Virus record (IMG/VR): IMGVR_UViG_3300048573_000442
DNA: 64,000 nucleotides
Strand: one strand, 5' to 3'
Source of the DNA: a virus
Part shown: piece by piece, positions 1 through 10,432 of the stretch
Layout of the letters: every line of letters begins with the position of its first letter
How positions within the stretch are numbered: position 1 is the first letter of the stretch
Made by a program: the position numbers and the translations under genes
The notes under the pieces: model-generated
What the model saw: only the letters and a program-made list of their open reading frames with translations
Told to the model about the DNA's origin: nothing
Databases searched by the model: none

Positions 1-260
1 GTCAAAACACGTTTACGACCATTCAGACCGACAGGCGTTGCGCCATCCACAAGAACGATCTGGCTCAGGTCAAACACATGTGCCAGAGGGGTTGTGACCG
101 TCGCAATGCCTGAAGCAACTGTGATGGCGGCGGTTTGTGAACCCCAACCGTCAACAAGACAGCCGTCAAGAACCGAGATGAGGCTTCCAGCTAAACCAGT
201 TAGAACTGGAGATCCGGCCTGAAGATTGTGGAAATAATTAGGAGAAGCGGTAGTTAGCAT
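1..260 (-). CDS. Partial (runs off window edge) tail/virion protein
   Basis: Hand-translated, not in ORF track: ATG at 260 after AAGGA RBS, MLTTASPNYFHNLQAGSPVLTGLAGSLISVLDGCLVDGWG...; resembles a common phage tail-protein N-terminus; open to position 1. Confidence 0.6.
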   Translation of the reverse strand, partial: MLTTASPNYFHNLQAGSPVLTGLAGSLISVLDGCLVDGWGSQTAAITVASGIATVTTPLAHVFDLSQIVLVDGATPVGLNGRKRVL

Positions 261-268
261 AGGTTTCC

Positions 269-409
269 TTAGATTTGATTTTCAAAGACGAGGTCTGTGG
301 TTGTTAATGAAGCCAGTTGTTCGAAGACAAGTTCATTTCCTGAAAGTGGCGCAGGCTGTTGAGCGCTTTCATACATTAAACAGATGAGTAAAATTCGAAG
401 CGGTAACAT
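269..409 (-). CDS. Small 46-aa hypothetical protein
   Basis: Hand-translated MLPLRILLICLMYESAQQPAPLSGNELVFEQLASLTTTDLVFENQI; exactly fills the gap between the 411 stop and the RBS of the next gene. Confidence 0.5.
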   Translation of the reverse strand: MLPLRILLICLMYESAQQPAPLSGNELVFEQLASLTTTDLVFENQI

Positions 410-410
410 T

Positions 411-3400
411 TTAGCTCCCGGTTACGGTATACCCAAAAGCTGTACTTGTTCTTCGCACTATAGCAAACATCGGGTTGGTTGTAGAAGCGCGAGTCAGGGT
501 CGTAGTCGCACCGTTCAAGGTGACTGAACCAGCAACCGCAACAGAAGTAGTTCCTGCTGTCACCATGACAGCGCAACCAAATTGGGCAGGTAAGGCTTCT
601 GGTACCGTCAAGACTACGCCATCCGCAGTGATTTCAAGAATGTCGCCATCATCAGCTGCGGTCAAAGCTCTTGACACCGAAACCAAAGTAACGTTTGTCA
701 CTGGTAAATTGTCAAGCCTGTCATTGATAGTAATAATGTCAGCTGAAGCAATCGCGGCAGAACCTTCTACTACCCCAACACGTGTCGTGAGCGCAGTAAG
801 ATCATCTACGATAAGGTCACGAGTATCATCAACATACGTAATGGTATTTGCATCAGCTAATTGCAAACTTGCTTGAGTTGTTGCAACTAAAGTATTCACA
901 GCAGTAAATCGCGTGTCAATTTGACTCTGCATTGAAATAAATGCTGCATCAGTAGTAGCTTGACTTGCGCGAGTAGTATCAGTCGGGTGGACGTGATCGC
1001 CTCTAGCCCAAGTAACCCCAACACCCGGTAAAGCGGTTCCATCTTGCAGGGGAAGCGTATCGGATGCTAAAGCCTCTGTAGATGAGACTGAGCCGAATTG
1101 AACCAGAAATGTAGCTTTAAGACCGATTAGGTTCCCAGCGCCAATATTCAAAACCGAGATAACGATCAGGTCATCTGGCTGTAATGAAGAAATCTGAAGA
1201 TCGGCAGAAAGTTTCTTAGCTGAAAAAGTTCCTGATACTATAGTTGCCGGAACTCCGCCGACAAATAAGTTGGATCCGTTAACAGTGATGCCAATGGTCG
1301 CATCTGCTGTGAGTGCTGAAGAAGTTGCAATGTTAATTTGAACTTCTTGTAGCACTCCAGCTCGAGGCATTCTGAAATTAACACGTTCACCTATTGCAGC
1401 GATTGGCGTAGTTTCATCTGAACCAGCAACAATGATAGGAACAACCAATGCGCCACCTGCAGAACCAAGTGCTGCCAACGCTGCGCTTAAGCCGGTCACT
1501 TCAGAAATCGCGTGCGCATGAACAGCATCCGCTTTGGCAGCTAGCGCTGTCGTTACAGTTGCAGAATCAGCTTTGTCAGCAAGTGCAGTGGTCAAACCAG
1601 TGACTTCAGAGATTGCATGCACATGGACCACATCTGCTTTATCTGCAAGGGCATCTGTTAGCCCTGTTACTCCAGCTATAGTATGCACATGAACTGCATC
1701 TGCCTTGTCAGCTAGGGCGTCTACTAAACCAGTGACGCCAGAGATTGCATGTGCATGGACAATATCCGCTTTATCTGCAAGTGCAGTAGTCAAACCGGTG
1801 ACCTCAGAGATAGCATGGGCATGAACCACATCTGCTTTGGTAGCTAAAGCTGTCACTACATCAGCTGTGCTGGCTTTATCTGCAAGTGCAGCGGTTAAGC
1901 CTGTCACTTCAGAGATTGCATGTGCATGGACGACATCGGCCTTATCTGCCAAGGCGTCAGTTAAACCAGTGACACCAGAGATGGCATGCACGTGTGCTAC
2001 ATCTGCCTTACCGACTAAGGCGGTAGATAAACCAGCAACATCGGTAATAACGTGACCATGACCGACATCAGATTTCGTTGCTAAGGAAGCAGTGACTGTT
2101 GCACTATCCGCTTTGGCAGTTATTTCTGTTTGGAGCGCCGTTACATTGCCCACTACAGTTGTCAACCCTGCAACATCAGTGATAACATGGGAATGAGCCA
2201 TGTCTGCTTTACCGGCTAACGCAGTAGATAGCCCAGAAACGTTTGTGATTGCATGGACATGTGTAACATCAGCTTTACTTGCTAAAGAACCTTCAAGTGA
2301 AGAAATTCTAAGCATATCAGCTGCATGCATATAACCATCTTCACCAATGGTGGCTCGTGGCATTGAAATGGTTTTGATCGCAGTCCCAGTAATCTGAAGC
2401 GGAACTTCAGAATTCAAAGTGAAACTAGATCCACCGCCGCTATCTGAAACAATTGGGGCAACTACATCAGTTTCCCAATCAAATGTGAGCATAATACTAT
2501 TAGTCGCGCAAATTACGCCAACGCGAACATGCTTATAGCCAGCAGGCTTTTGCGTGGTTGCTTGTCCGCTAGCATCACAGTAAATTGAACGGCCGATTTG
2601 ATTTACTGGCCAGTTCCATGATTCATTTACAACTTTCTTTCCCGCTGTTACTAGGGCGACTTGCGTATTAGCAACCGCGCTTGCAGTAACCATGCCTATT
2701 GGTGCACGGGTGTTATCATTTGACAGGTTTAGACCTGAAGCCTTACTAACAAGAGATGAACCTGACAAGTAGACGATATCAAAGGCTGCCAATGGAGTTG
2801 CAGCGGTTGCAACCAATTGTGAACCTTCGAACTTAACTAGAGAACCGGTGTCTACGCTTAAAATCGGGGTTTCGCTTGTTAAAAATTCGCCTGCATTAGA
2901 TGTTCGTAACGCGTTTCCTAAGCCATCTCGTAAAACATAACCAGATGAGAACCCGACGTCAGAACCGACAGCATTGATTCCGACTTGTGTTCCTATAGCT
3001 GAAGGAATTAAAATAGAACCTGAATTTAGAGTGCCAGCAAATACGACTAGGACTGCTTCCCAAACAGAGCCATTCCATCTTTTTGTTTTATTCGCCGTGA
3101 CATCAAACCATAGGGTATCAATAAGCTGGGTTGGCTCAACTGCTGATGTCACGGGAGTCCGCAAAGTAGATTTTCTTACCAAGTCTCCAGTTCTTGAATC
3201 TATTTGCCAATAAAGGTAAACCGTGCTAGTTCCAGAAAATGGACCCCAAGCATTAACAACTGAACGCGTTTCACTAATTGTATAGTTAGCAGTTCCACTG
3301 GCAATCGTTGCAAGAATTGACGCACCGTTAATGACTATATCAACCCCGCCTAAATCATTTTTCTGAAGTGAATTCGTTGGAAGAGCAACTACACCTTGTC

Positions 3401-3416
3401 TGAATCTAATGTCCAT
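411..3416 (-). CDS. Tail fibre / virion decoration protein with HxH repeats (1001 aa)
   Basis: Ala/Thr/Val/Gly-rich; ten 22-aa KADxxHxHxIxxVTGLxxAL repeats typical of phage fibre shafts; WFD...W motif; sits in the structural cluster. Confidence 0.7.
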   Translation of the reverse strand: MDIRFRQGVVALPTNSLQKNDLGGVDIVINGASILATIASGTANYTISETRSVVNAWGPFSGTSTVYLYWQIDSRTGDLVRKSTLRTPVTSAVEPTQLIDTLWFDVTANKTKRWNGSVWEAVLVVFAGTLNSGSILIPSAIGTQVGINAVGSDVGFSSGYVLRDGLGNALRTSNAGEFLTSETPILSVDTGSLVKFEGSQLVATAATPLAAFDIVYLSGSSLVSKASGLNLSNDNTRAPIGMVTASAVANTQVALVTAGKKVVNESWNWPVNQIGRSIYCDASGQATTQKPAGYKHVRVGVICATNSIMLTFDWETDVVAPIVSDSGGGSSFTLNSEVPLQITGTAIKTISMPRATIGEDGYMHAADMLRISSLEGSLASKADVTHVHAITNVSGLSTALAGKADMAHSHVITDVAGLTTVVGNVTALQTEITAKADSATVTASLATKSDVGHGHVITDVAGLSTALVGKADVAHVHAISGVTGLTDALADKADVVHAHAISEVTGLTAALADKASTADVVTALATKADVVHAHAISEVTGLTTALADKADIVHAHAISGVTGLVDALADKADAVHVHTIAGVTGLTDALADKADVVHVHAISEVTGLTTALADKADSATVTTALAAKADAVHAHAISEVTGLSAALAALGSAGGALVVPIIVAGSDETTPIAAIGERVNFRMPRAGVLQEVQINIATSSALTADATIGITVNGSNLFVGGVPATIVSGTFSAKKLSADLQISSLQPDDLIVISVLNIGAGNLIGLKATFLVQFGSVSSTEALASDTLPLQDGTALPGVGVTWARGDHVHPTDTTRASQATTDAAFISMQSQIDTRFTAVNTLVATTQASLQLADANTITYVDDTRDLIVDDLTALTTRVGVVEGSAAIASADIITINDRLDNLPVTNVTLVSVSRALTAADDGDILEITADGVVLTVPEALPAQFGCAVMVTAGTTSVAVAGSVTLNGATTTLTRASTTNPMFAIVRRTSTAFGYTVTGS
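1470..2276 (-). repeat. Intragenic 66-bp (22-aa) tandem repeat, 10 HxH units with three shorter spacers
   Basis: Period 66 bp seen directly (e.g. 1735 vs 1801); units KADVVHAHAISEVTGLTTALAD. Confidence 0.9.
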
Positions 3417-3448
3417 TTTTATCCCCTAATAGGTTGAAAAGCTTTGCG

Positions 3449-3456
3449 TATTTATG
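3449..3456 (-). promoter_or_regulatory. T4-type late promoter-like motif CATAAATA
   Basis: About 33 nt upstream of the 3416 start; recurring NATAAATA before structural genes. Confidence 0.5.
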
Positions 3457-3464
3457 CATGATGT

Positions 3465-5681
3465 TTAATTATGTTTAAAAACTTCTACTGCTCCAGTCCA
3501 TATGCCAATAGGGTTTTGAAGATATTCAGAGGATATAGCAATATTATTAGCGTTCAAAGACATTCTGTAGCCAAATTCATTAAGTTCTCCGACCGTAGAA
3601 GAAGCAAATCTTTGTGTGCATGACCATCCGTTTACATTTTTCTTGAAGATAAACACCGCACCTGCCCATGGCCGATCAAATACTGCCCATGATGATGAAG
3701 TTGCAACCGTTTGTCCATCCGGAGAAATAGCTAATCCATACCCGAAGTAATCAGATGGCCCAAGGCCAGAAGAAAGTACTGCTTGTTGCATCCATGATGT
3801 TCCGGTTCGTGCAAAAACGTATGCAAGTCCTTTAGGCGCCTCAGCAGCAACTAAAGTGTTGCCATCAGCTGATAAGTCTAAATTATTTCTCCCGAACCAA
3901 GCGTTGGAACTGTACAGCGTAGTATTTAATTCTGCTTGATGGGTCCAAGAGGTTCCGTCCCAGGAAAATATTTGAACTCGGCCTGCATTGCTGGCCACTC
4001 CAACCGACCTAAATGGCGAAGAAACCGCTATGGTACTTCCGTCTGCAGAAATTTTAGCAGTATCACCATAACGTTGATTTGTTGCGAAGTTCGGAGGAAC
4101 CAAATCGGCTTGCTTAGACCAGACTGAACCAGTTTTGACAAAAACTTCTGCAGCAGTACCTAAAGAAGTTACCACGAGTGTTCTTCCATCTGCTGATAAG
4201 GAATGTGAAAAACCGAATCTTTTAGAATTAGCAGGGGTCTGCGAAGTTAAGGTAACATTTTTAACGTAGTTTGCACCAACACGATCGAAAAGGGTGACTG
4301 CTCCAGAGTTTAAAAAGCCAGCATCTGTAAAATTTGGGTACCCAATAGCAATAACCGACGAGTCGCTTGACATTGAAACTGATGAGCCAAAGTATCCATT
4401 TACCTGAGAAGTATCTGGGGTTAACATCTGCGTTCTTTCCCAAGAGCTTCCCGTTTTCATAAAAACGAAAGCTGCACCAGCGCCGCCAACTCCCCCGACT
4501 GTAGTTCCTCTTCCAGCTGCAACAATGACTGAAGAATCTGCTGAAATGACAGGTGAACTGAAATACGTGTTAGCCCCCGTAATTTGGAAGTCTAGCTGCT
4601 GTTTGAAATCAAATTTTTGCGGAGCTTGTGCTGAATACGTTGAAATTAAAAAGCTATCGCTGCTAGCAGAGGAGGAAGGAATGAACGTGTAGTCAGAAGC
4701 CAAATCACTCTTAGTGGTTGCAAAAATAATAAATTTGTTTTGGCTTGCAACTACAACTCCACCATATGGCACAGGATTTCCGGGGAATAATTCAGCTTGC
4801 CAATTTGTTCCATTAGCAGAAGATGCCGCAAAGTTTGTATCAGTTAGCGTCGAGAAGTATTTTCCATTACTGTACTCGATATTTGCCCAGTCTGCATCAG
4901 CGGGCATATTAGACAGAGTCCAGTTTACGCCATCAGTTGATACCGCGCCAGGACGGTAATTAGCCGTGACTGCTACAAACTTGCCATCGCCAAATGTTAC
5001 AGATGCCCATGTTTGATACTCGTTAAACCAATCAGGGTCGCCTTTCGGCATAACGCTTTGGGCCCAATTTATTCCATCAGTAGAGCTGAATGAAATTCCC
5101 GGAACATCTGCGGTTGCAGGCCCCTGAATTACAGTGGTTATGGCCACAAATTTACCATTGCCAAAAGCAATATCGCTGACATCACCAAAAGCCGCTTGTG
5201 GCGTAACTGGCAGAACCCCTACCGACCAGCTGAAACCATCAGTGGACACAGCAGAGATATGACGTTCAGCTCCGCCTTGTTCTTTACCGATCGCTATGAA
5301 TTTTCCATCTGCAAAAGTGAGTGCATACCACCTGCTAATAGGATTTAAACTGACAGGAGCCAAAGGCATAACAGTTTCGAACCATATCTCACCATTCGTG
5401 CTGTATGCCAAATTATTAGATGGCATCGTCAATGCAATGTATTTTCCGTTACCGTATGCAATTGACCACCATCGCTGCGGCGCCTGTATCGAAGGCAGTT
5501 GATGTTCTGTCCAAGAAAGCCCGTCTGAAGATTTTAGCGCATAACCCTCTTCAGTAAGCGCAATAAAGTCGGTGCCATATACCGCAGCAGTAACAGTCTT
5601 TGCGCTTGGTAGGGTTCCTTGTTGCCAATAATCCCACTGAAGCGATTGCAGGTTTTTAAAAAAATATGAATTAATAAACAT
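3465..5681 (-). CDS. Double beta-propeller protein (BNR/Asp-box-like N half, FG-GAP-like C half), likely receptor-binding or tail accessory
   Basis: Repeated SxDGxxW motifs, then repeated FGxSVxxSxDG...GA...F motifs. Confidence 0.7.
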   Translation of the reverse strand: MFINSYFFKNLQSLQWDYWQQGTLPSAKTVTAAVYGTDFIALTEEGYALKSSDGLSWTEHQLPSIQAPQRWWSIAYGNGKYIALTMPSNNLAYSTNGEIWFETVMPLAPVSLNPISRWYALTFADGKFIAIGKEQGGAERHISAVSTDGFSWSVGVLPVTPQAAFGDVSDIAFGNGKFVAITTVIQGPATADVPGISFSSTDGINWAQSVMPKGDPDWFNEYQTWASVTFGDGKFVAVTANYRPGAVSTDGVNWTLSNMPADADWANIEYSNGKYFSTLTDTNFAASSANGTNWQAELFPGNPVPYGGVVVASQNKFIIFATTKSDLASDYTFIPSSSASSDSFLISTYSAQAPQKFDFKQQLDFQITGANTYFSSPVISADSSVIVAAGRGTTVGGVGGAGAAFVFMKTGSSWERTQMLTPDTSQVNGYFGSSVSMSSDSSVIAIGYPNFTDAGFLNSGAVTLFDRVGANYVKNVTLTSQTPANSKRFGFSHSLSADGRTLVVTSLGTAAEVFVKTGSVWSKQADLVPPNFATNQRYGDTAKISADGSTIAVSSPFRSVGVASNAGRVQIFSWDGTSWTHQAELNTTLYSSNAWFGRNNLDLSADGNTLVAAEAPKGLAYVFARTGTSWMQQAVLSSGLGPSDYFGYGLAISPDGQTVATSSSWAVFDRPWAGAVFIFKKNVNGWSCTQRFASSTVGELNEFGYRMSLNANNIAISSEYLQNPIGIWTGAVEVFKHN

Positions 5682-5746
5682 TTCGGCCTTACATGTTGAG
5701 TCGCAATTTTAAACGTGTTCTCACTACTATAGATGTTTTCAATTTA

Positions 5747-6169
5747 TCACCTTGCGCCCTTGATAAAAATCTGCTTTTCACTATCAGTTCCTTTCAAAGA
5801 AACCTGCCAATTTGGCAACCATCTTTTAAACATATGGATATACAGCTTTATTCGATTACCGCCTTCAGCAATCATAGTAAATTCACCTGCGCCCTTTTGA
5901 ATAAGCAGTTCCATCATTTGCTTTACAAAGGAGAAGACTTTTTCTGGATTACCCGCTTTAGTCAACTTGTAGCCTATGTTGCCATTTTCTTCCTCATTAC
6001 CGAAGCTCACATCCCAGGCATTATGTTTTCTAGCCGCATTTAGGGGTTTACGAACGGCATCAAAAATAATAGTTAGTCCATTGATTTCTGCTTTGGCCAT
6101 AAAAGACTTTTCACCATTATGGACTATAGTGTATGGGACTTTACTGGATAGGATTTCAAATAATTTCAC
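5747..6169 (-). CDS. Hypothetical protein (140 aa), MKLFEIL N-terminus
   Basis: ORF track; N-terminus resembles the internal-protein-like tag seen elsewhere in the window. Confidence 0.5.
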   Translation of the reverse strand: MKLFEILSSKVPYTIVHNGEKSFMAKAEINGLTIIFDAVRKPLNAARKHNAWDVSFGNEEENGNIGYKLTKAGNPEKVFSFVKQMMELLIQKGAGEFTMIAEGGNRIKLYIHMFKRWLPNWQVSLKGTDSEKQIFIKGAR

Positions 6170-6199
6170 TTGGCGTTACCCCTAATAGTTTGCGACATT

Positions 6200-7093
6200 T
6201 TACGCCTGGAATGACAGAGTCAAATTAGTCAAAGTATTTGACTGCCCAGAAACCATTGTGGTGTTTGCAAACAGCGCACCATTCTGCGCTGAAACGGGAG
6301 CTTGCAGGGATGTAGCCGGTATTACATCATATGCAGCTTTAGTAACGCGAATGAACGTGGGAGTTCCACTGGCAATTGCGTTTGCAGTTTGGTTTGATAT
6401 GATGGATGCAGATAACCCAGAAACCGCAAAAAGCTCATTACTGGTAATTGCTTTGCTCCAGAGTTTAACTCCCGTGGGGGTTGCGCTACTATTAGATGGA
6501 ATTGCTCCGTCCCAAGCCTCAACTGTCACGGCTCGGTCGTATACTCCTGAGACAATGCTTATTTTTGAAAACGCTGCCATATGACCGTAACTGTTTCCTA
6601 ACGTCCCCGCGGTATTACCAGCCCAGATATTGACAATTTCGTTCGCAACGCTCGGGGAAACGCAGGTATCCCCAAACGCCGCTACACGAAATCGCATATC
6701 AGTTAAATTGACCGTTTGTCCATTGACCGCGGTAAGTGTGCTCACGATAGCTTTTGCACCCGAGGAAACTAATCCAACGTCGACATCAAGAAAAGGGCTG
6801 TTTCCATTGCCGAAATAAAACCTTATAAAAGAAACCGTGCCACTGGCAGTTGCAGTGAAACCTACGGAACCTGCTAAAGCGGAAACCCCGTTTGAACTGG
6901 AAAGCCACGTTCCTGAAGGTAGAGATTTTACTGCGCTCAAGGCCGTTATTCCAGAAGTAATCGTTGGGTCCCCTGGTCTTGTACCTGCAAAAATTTGCGC
7001 ATAATAAATGCCAGAACCCTGGCCGGGTGCGGTAGAAGTTAACGCTGTAACTATGGCTCCCCCGGCTAAACCTGTATTAAATGTTGCTCCCAT
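6200..7093 (-). CDS. Virion structural protein with two tandem copies of one beta domain
   Basis: I(F/W)xGxxP...A.ASGT.(S/T)FIR motif occurs twice; Gly/Ser/Thr-rich. Confidence 0.55.
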   Translation of the reverse strand: MGATFNTGLAGGAIVTALTSTAPGQGSGIYYAQIFAGTRPGDPTITSGITALSAVKSLPSGTWLSSSNGVSALAGSVGFTATASGTVSFIRFYFGNGNSPFLDVDVGLVSSGAKAIVSTLTAVNGQTVNLTDMRFRVAAFGDTCVSPSVANEIVNIWAGNTAGTLGNSYGHMAAFSKISIVSGVYDRAVTVEAWDGAIPSNSSATPTGVKLWSKAITSNELFAVSGLSASIISNQTANAIASGTPTFIRVTKAAYDVIPATSLQAPVSAQNGALFANTTMVSGQSNTLTNLTLSFQA

Positions 7094-7095
7094 GA

Positions 7096-7344
7096 TTATG
7101 CTCCTTCTTGCATTACGCAGTTATTAAAATAAATGATTGGCCAAGGAGCCAAAATGTCGTCTGTAGTTACAGTAGGCCCAAACTGAACGACGGGCCAAGG
7201 AGCCAAATCATTATCAGTTGTGACGGTAGGCCCCATCTGCACTGCGTTATAAGATTGCGTGCTTCCGACCGATACAAATGGAAATGCTTCAGCCAGCGGC
7301 TGGCCAAAACTCATGCACCTAATCAAAACATTTATTGGTAACAT
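7096..7344 (-). CDS. Small protein with an 18-aa internal duplication
   Basis: VQ(M/F)GPTVTTDxxLAPWP occurs twice; tightly packed between neighbours. Confidence 0.5.
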   Translation of the reverse strand: MLPINVLIRCMSFGQPLAEAFPFVSVGSTQSYNAVQMGPTVTTDNDLAPWPVVQFGPTVTTDDILAPWPIIYFNNCVMQEGA

Positions 7345-7359
7345 AAGTTTCGGCCCTAA

Positions 7360-10300
7360 TTATGCGCTAACAGCGAATGCATTGCTAGCTGCAGCCTTTG
7401 CTGCAAGCAATTCAGATTCTGCAGGGTTTCCAGTACTAAGTGTAAATCCCCATACAGCTGCAGCTACTCCGGCAAGTGTCAAATTGCCCCCGGAAGTGTT
7501 GAAAGTTCTAACCGCTTTGGCACGAATGTCTACAGAGCCATTGACTTCATCATCGGGACTCGCTGTAACAATACCGTTTACCACGACTGCTGCATCAATA
7601 CCCGCATTAGTATAGGCAGCTAATGCACGTCTAAGTCTCCATGAGCCCATTAGGAGCATATCACGCCCGTCAAATCTCATTGCTTCTGGATACAACATAC
7701 CTATTGCACTTGCTTGCCAATCAGCAACTACGGTATAAACGTCTTCTGCAGCACAGAGTGAATTTCCGACATCAACCCGAAGTGCTGGTCCATCTAAGGT
7801 AATAAACCCAGATGATGCGCCTGAACCTCTGCCATAAATTGCATCACCAAAACCGTCAACTACTTGCTGCTGCGCAATCGGGATAGTTGTTTCAATATTG
7901 TTTGAATAAGTCAAGTCGATCACTGCGTATCCTGGTTTACGAATGCGAACTGTGCAGTTAGCAAATGCGCTGTCATACACATATGACAAAGTTGCAGAAG
8001 TTCCAGAATTAAACAACGTGACCAATGGTTCTTGTCCCGGTGTTGGTGTTTCACTAAACACTGCAACAGAAGAACCCGCGATTAAGCCAGTCAATGTAAG
8101 GGATGCTACATCAAGTGGGTATAAAGCTGCATTTTGTAATGCCAATGTGGTTGTACCGTCAATGCGAAGCGAATCAATTCTATTACCTACGTTTGCAATT
8201 GTGCAAGTAATTCGCATTTTTAGCCCTAAGCCAATAACAGGGTCAATACCGGTTTCTGCTGCTAAGTTTGCATTAGACATGGTTTTCCATGCGCCAAAAC
8301 CAGTACCTTTATCTAATGCATAGTCATAGCTGTGGTTTGCGGTATTTGCACCAGATGAAGCAAAAGAAGTAAGTCCAGTCCAACCAAGGATTTTCCAAGG
8401 CCAAGTCCATTCAATTTGATCCCCAATGCTTTGAAAAACGCAGCGGCCAGCACCGTTAAATTTTGGGGTCCCGCTAGTAATTTGATAAGCATCAGGGTTC
8501 GCAGACGTTTTCTCTACTAATATGAGTGCAGCCCTAGTCGTAGTGTCGCCAGTAAACCCGTCCCACATGCAATTTCCATAAACTGCTGCGAAGCTGTTTG
8601 GTACACCTCCTGAGTTAAACCGGTTGCCATGGACTACGGATTCAAGCTGTTGCGGCCCAATTGTTTTTGAAGCATCTACTTGATAATTGTTGACAGATGT
8701 AAACCGTTTGGTCGTGTTAGTGCCACCATGTAGACCTAGTCGCAACGCTGTAACCCAATTGCGCTGAATCTTGATGATGTCATTGTTGCCACCGTCATCC
8801 CAGATATATCCCATAACGTTTACAGTTCCGGCGCTAAATGGGGAACTAGGTGTTCCGCAATTTCTCAAGGTTGCTTTTTGCGTAGTGTTGCAAAACATGA
8901 TTGCCAAATAAGGATGGCAATTTGCAACACCTGGCCAATTCTGAACATCAGTTATATCAACGACTTTACACTGCCCGACTGTTTCTATCGCTCTAGACTG
9001 AGAAGTAGTAGGAGTGGTACCAACGCAATTATCTGCGTAAACATGCTTAATTATTTTGCAATTATCTGCGGCCTGAATTAGAACCCGCTTGGTAAAGGTC
9101 CACAGCTCATTAACAGTTGTAGGCCCGTTAGTGTTCAAATAAATTGCGCCACTTAATGCGGTAGCAGCACCAACATGACCGCCTCGCAATTTATTAAATG
9201 TCCATCCACCATAACAGTTCACGAAAATAGCGGCGTAACCACTGGTTGCAGTTGATTGTGCCCGAAGCCAAGATATTGTTCCAACTGTGCCACCAGTATA
9301 ACTCTGCTGAATAACTATTGAGTTGCCGTCATAGTTTGTGGTTGCTCCAGTTGATAGACCTATATGCAAATTATCAATGTCCATCGCTGTTGCAGCTTCA
9401 CCAAGGACAATTTGATCGCAAGTATGTAAGTCGCGAATATAAACAGAATAAGGCTGAACCACGTTCCAATACCAAGCGCCTGTAACTTTAGATACATTCA
9501 TTAGCCCGCCGTTAGTGAAAGTCGACTCGTAACGGTTGCCAATACTCCTAGAAGGCTCCACGTTCACTGATCGGTTTGCAGATGTGCAACTTTGTAAATT
9601 AATTGACGGGACACGAACGTTGCAACCTGCCGGCGGAACATAGCCACAGACAGACAAATCTGAACCTGTACCAAAAAATGCAGTGCCCGAAGTGCTAATA
9701 AACACAAAGCTTGAACGGGTATCAGTTGAGCAGTTTGCAGAGGTATGACGTAAACCTGCGTTTGGGAAGAATTGATATTCCCCAGATCCTGGGGAAGTTT
9801 CTACATCTACGCCGGGATAATAAGTCGTACCGTCTGCCGTGAAGTGTGGTAACTGAATTGATTGACCAACGACTCCATTAGTTTGCCCAACATTAATCCA
9901 ATCCCCGCGCATTTGCATCGTGCCAAGTCTCGGGTGGTTGTGAACTCCGATTTCTTGGCCGACGACTACAATCCAACCTTGAACTTCCGGGCTCACAGCA
10001 CTAGCAGAAATACCAGTAAGTGCACCGGTAGAAAATCCAGGAGAAGTGACTCGTAACTTCATAAATCCCGTTGCTGGCATTGCATCACCAGCAATATAAA
10101 CTGCACCGCCCATTCGAGTCTGCATGATACAGAGCAGAACTCCAGATGCTGTGCCCTGAGAAATTGTCGAACCATAAGCTGGGACTGTCCCAGTCGCGTT
10201 GTTGAATTCTACGATCTTAGTAAATTCTGTTGTTATTGTGAAGTTTCCGCCGAGGGCGGAATCTACTGTCAAGTTGTTTATCGGGCCAGTTGAAGCGGTC

Positions 10301-10428
10301 GCATTCGGTGCATAGCGACTATCACAGTCAATTGTGACTCCACCGCCTTGAATATTATAAGTGTCTCCACCGGTTTTACCGGTTAGCGCGGTGATTAGGG
10401 TTGGGGTAGTGATCGTAAAAGTTGCCAT
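7360..10428 (-). CDS. Large tail/virion structural protein (1022 aa), possibly beta-helical
   Basis: Thr/Gly/Asn-rich, beta-rich composition, position in tail cluster. Confidence 0.55.
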   Translation of the reverse strand: MATFTITTPTLITALTGKTGGDTYNIQGGGVTIDCDSRYAPNATASTGPINNLTVDSALGGNFTITTEFTKIVEFNNATGTVPAYGSTISQGTASGVLLCIMQTRMGGAVYIAGDAMPATGFMKLRVTSPGFSTGALTGISASAVSPEVQGWIVVVGQEIGVHNHPRLGTMQMRGDWINVGQTNGVVGQSIQLPHFTADGTTYYPGVDVETSPGSGEYQFFPNAGLRHTSANCSTDTRSSFVFISTSGTAFFGTGSDLSVCGYVPPAGCNVRVPSINLQSCTSANRSVNVEPSRSIGNRYESTFTNGGLMNVSKVTGAWYWNVVQPYSVYIRDLHTCDQIVLGEAATAMDIDNLHIGLSTGATTNYDGNSIVIQQSYTGGTVGTISWLRAQSTATSGYAAIFVNCYGGWTFNKLRGGHVGAATALSGAIYLNTNGPTTVNELWTFTKRVLIQAADNCKIIKHVYADNCVGTTPTTSQSRAIETVGQCKVVDITDVQNWPGVANCHPYLAIMFCNTTQKATLRNCGTPSSPFSAGTVNVMGYIWDDGGNNDIIKIQRNWVTALRLGLHGGTNTTKRFTSVNNYQVDASKTIGPQQLESVVHGNRFNSGGVPNSFAAVYGNCMWDGFTGDTTTRAALILVEKTSANPDAYQITSGTPKFNGAGRCVFQSIGDQIEWTWPWKILGWTGLTSFASSGANTANHSYDYALDKGTGFGAWKTMSNANLAAETGIDPVIGLGLKMRITCTIANVGNRIDSLRIDGTTTLALQNAALYPLDVASLTLTGLIAGSSVAVFSETPTPGQEPLVTLFNSGTSATLSYVYDSAFANCTVRIRKPGYAVIDLTYSNNIETTIPIAQQQVVDGFGDAIYGRGSGASSGFITLDGPALRVDVGNSLCAAEDVYTVVADWQASAIGMLYPEAMRFDGRDMLLMGSWRLRRALAAYTNAGIDAAVVVNGIVTASPDDEVNGSVDIRAKAVRTFNTSGGNLTLAGVAAAVWGFTLSTGNPAESELLAAKAAASNAFAVSA

Positions 10429-10432
10429 AGAG

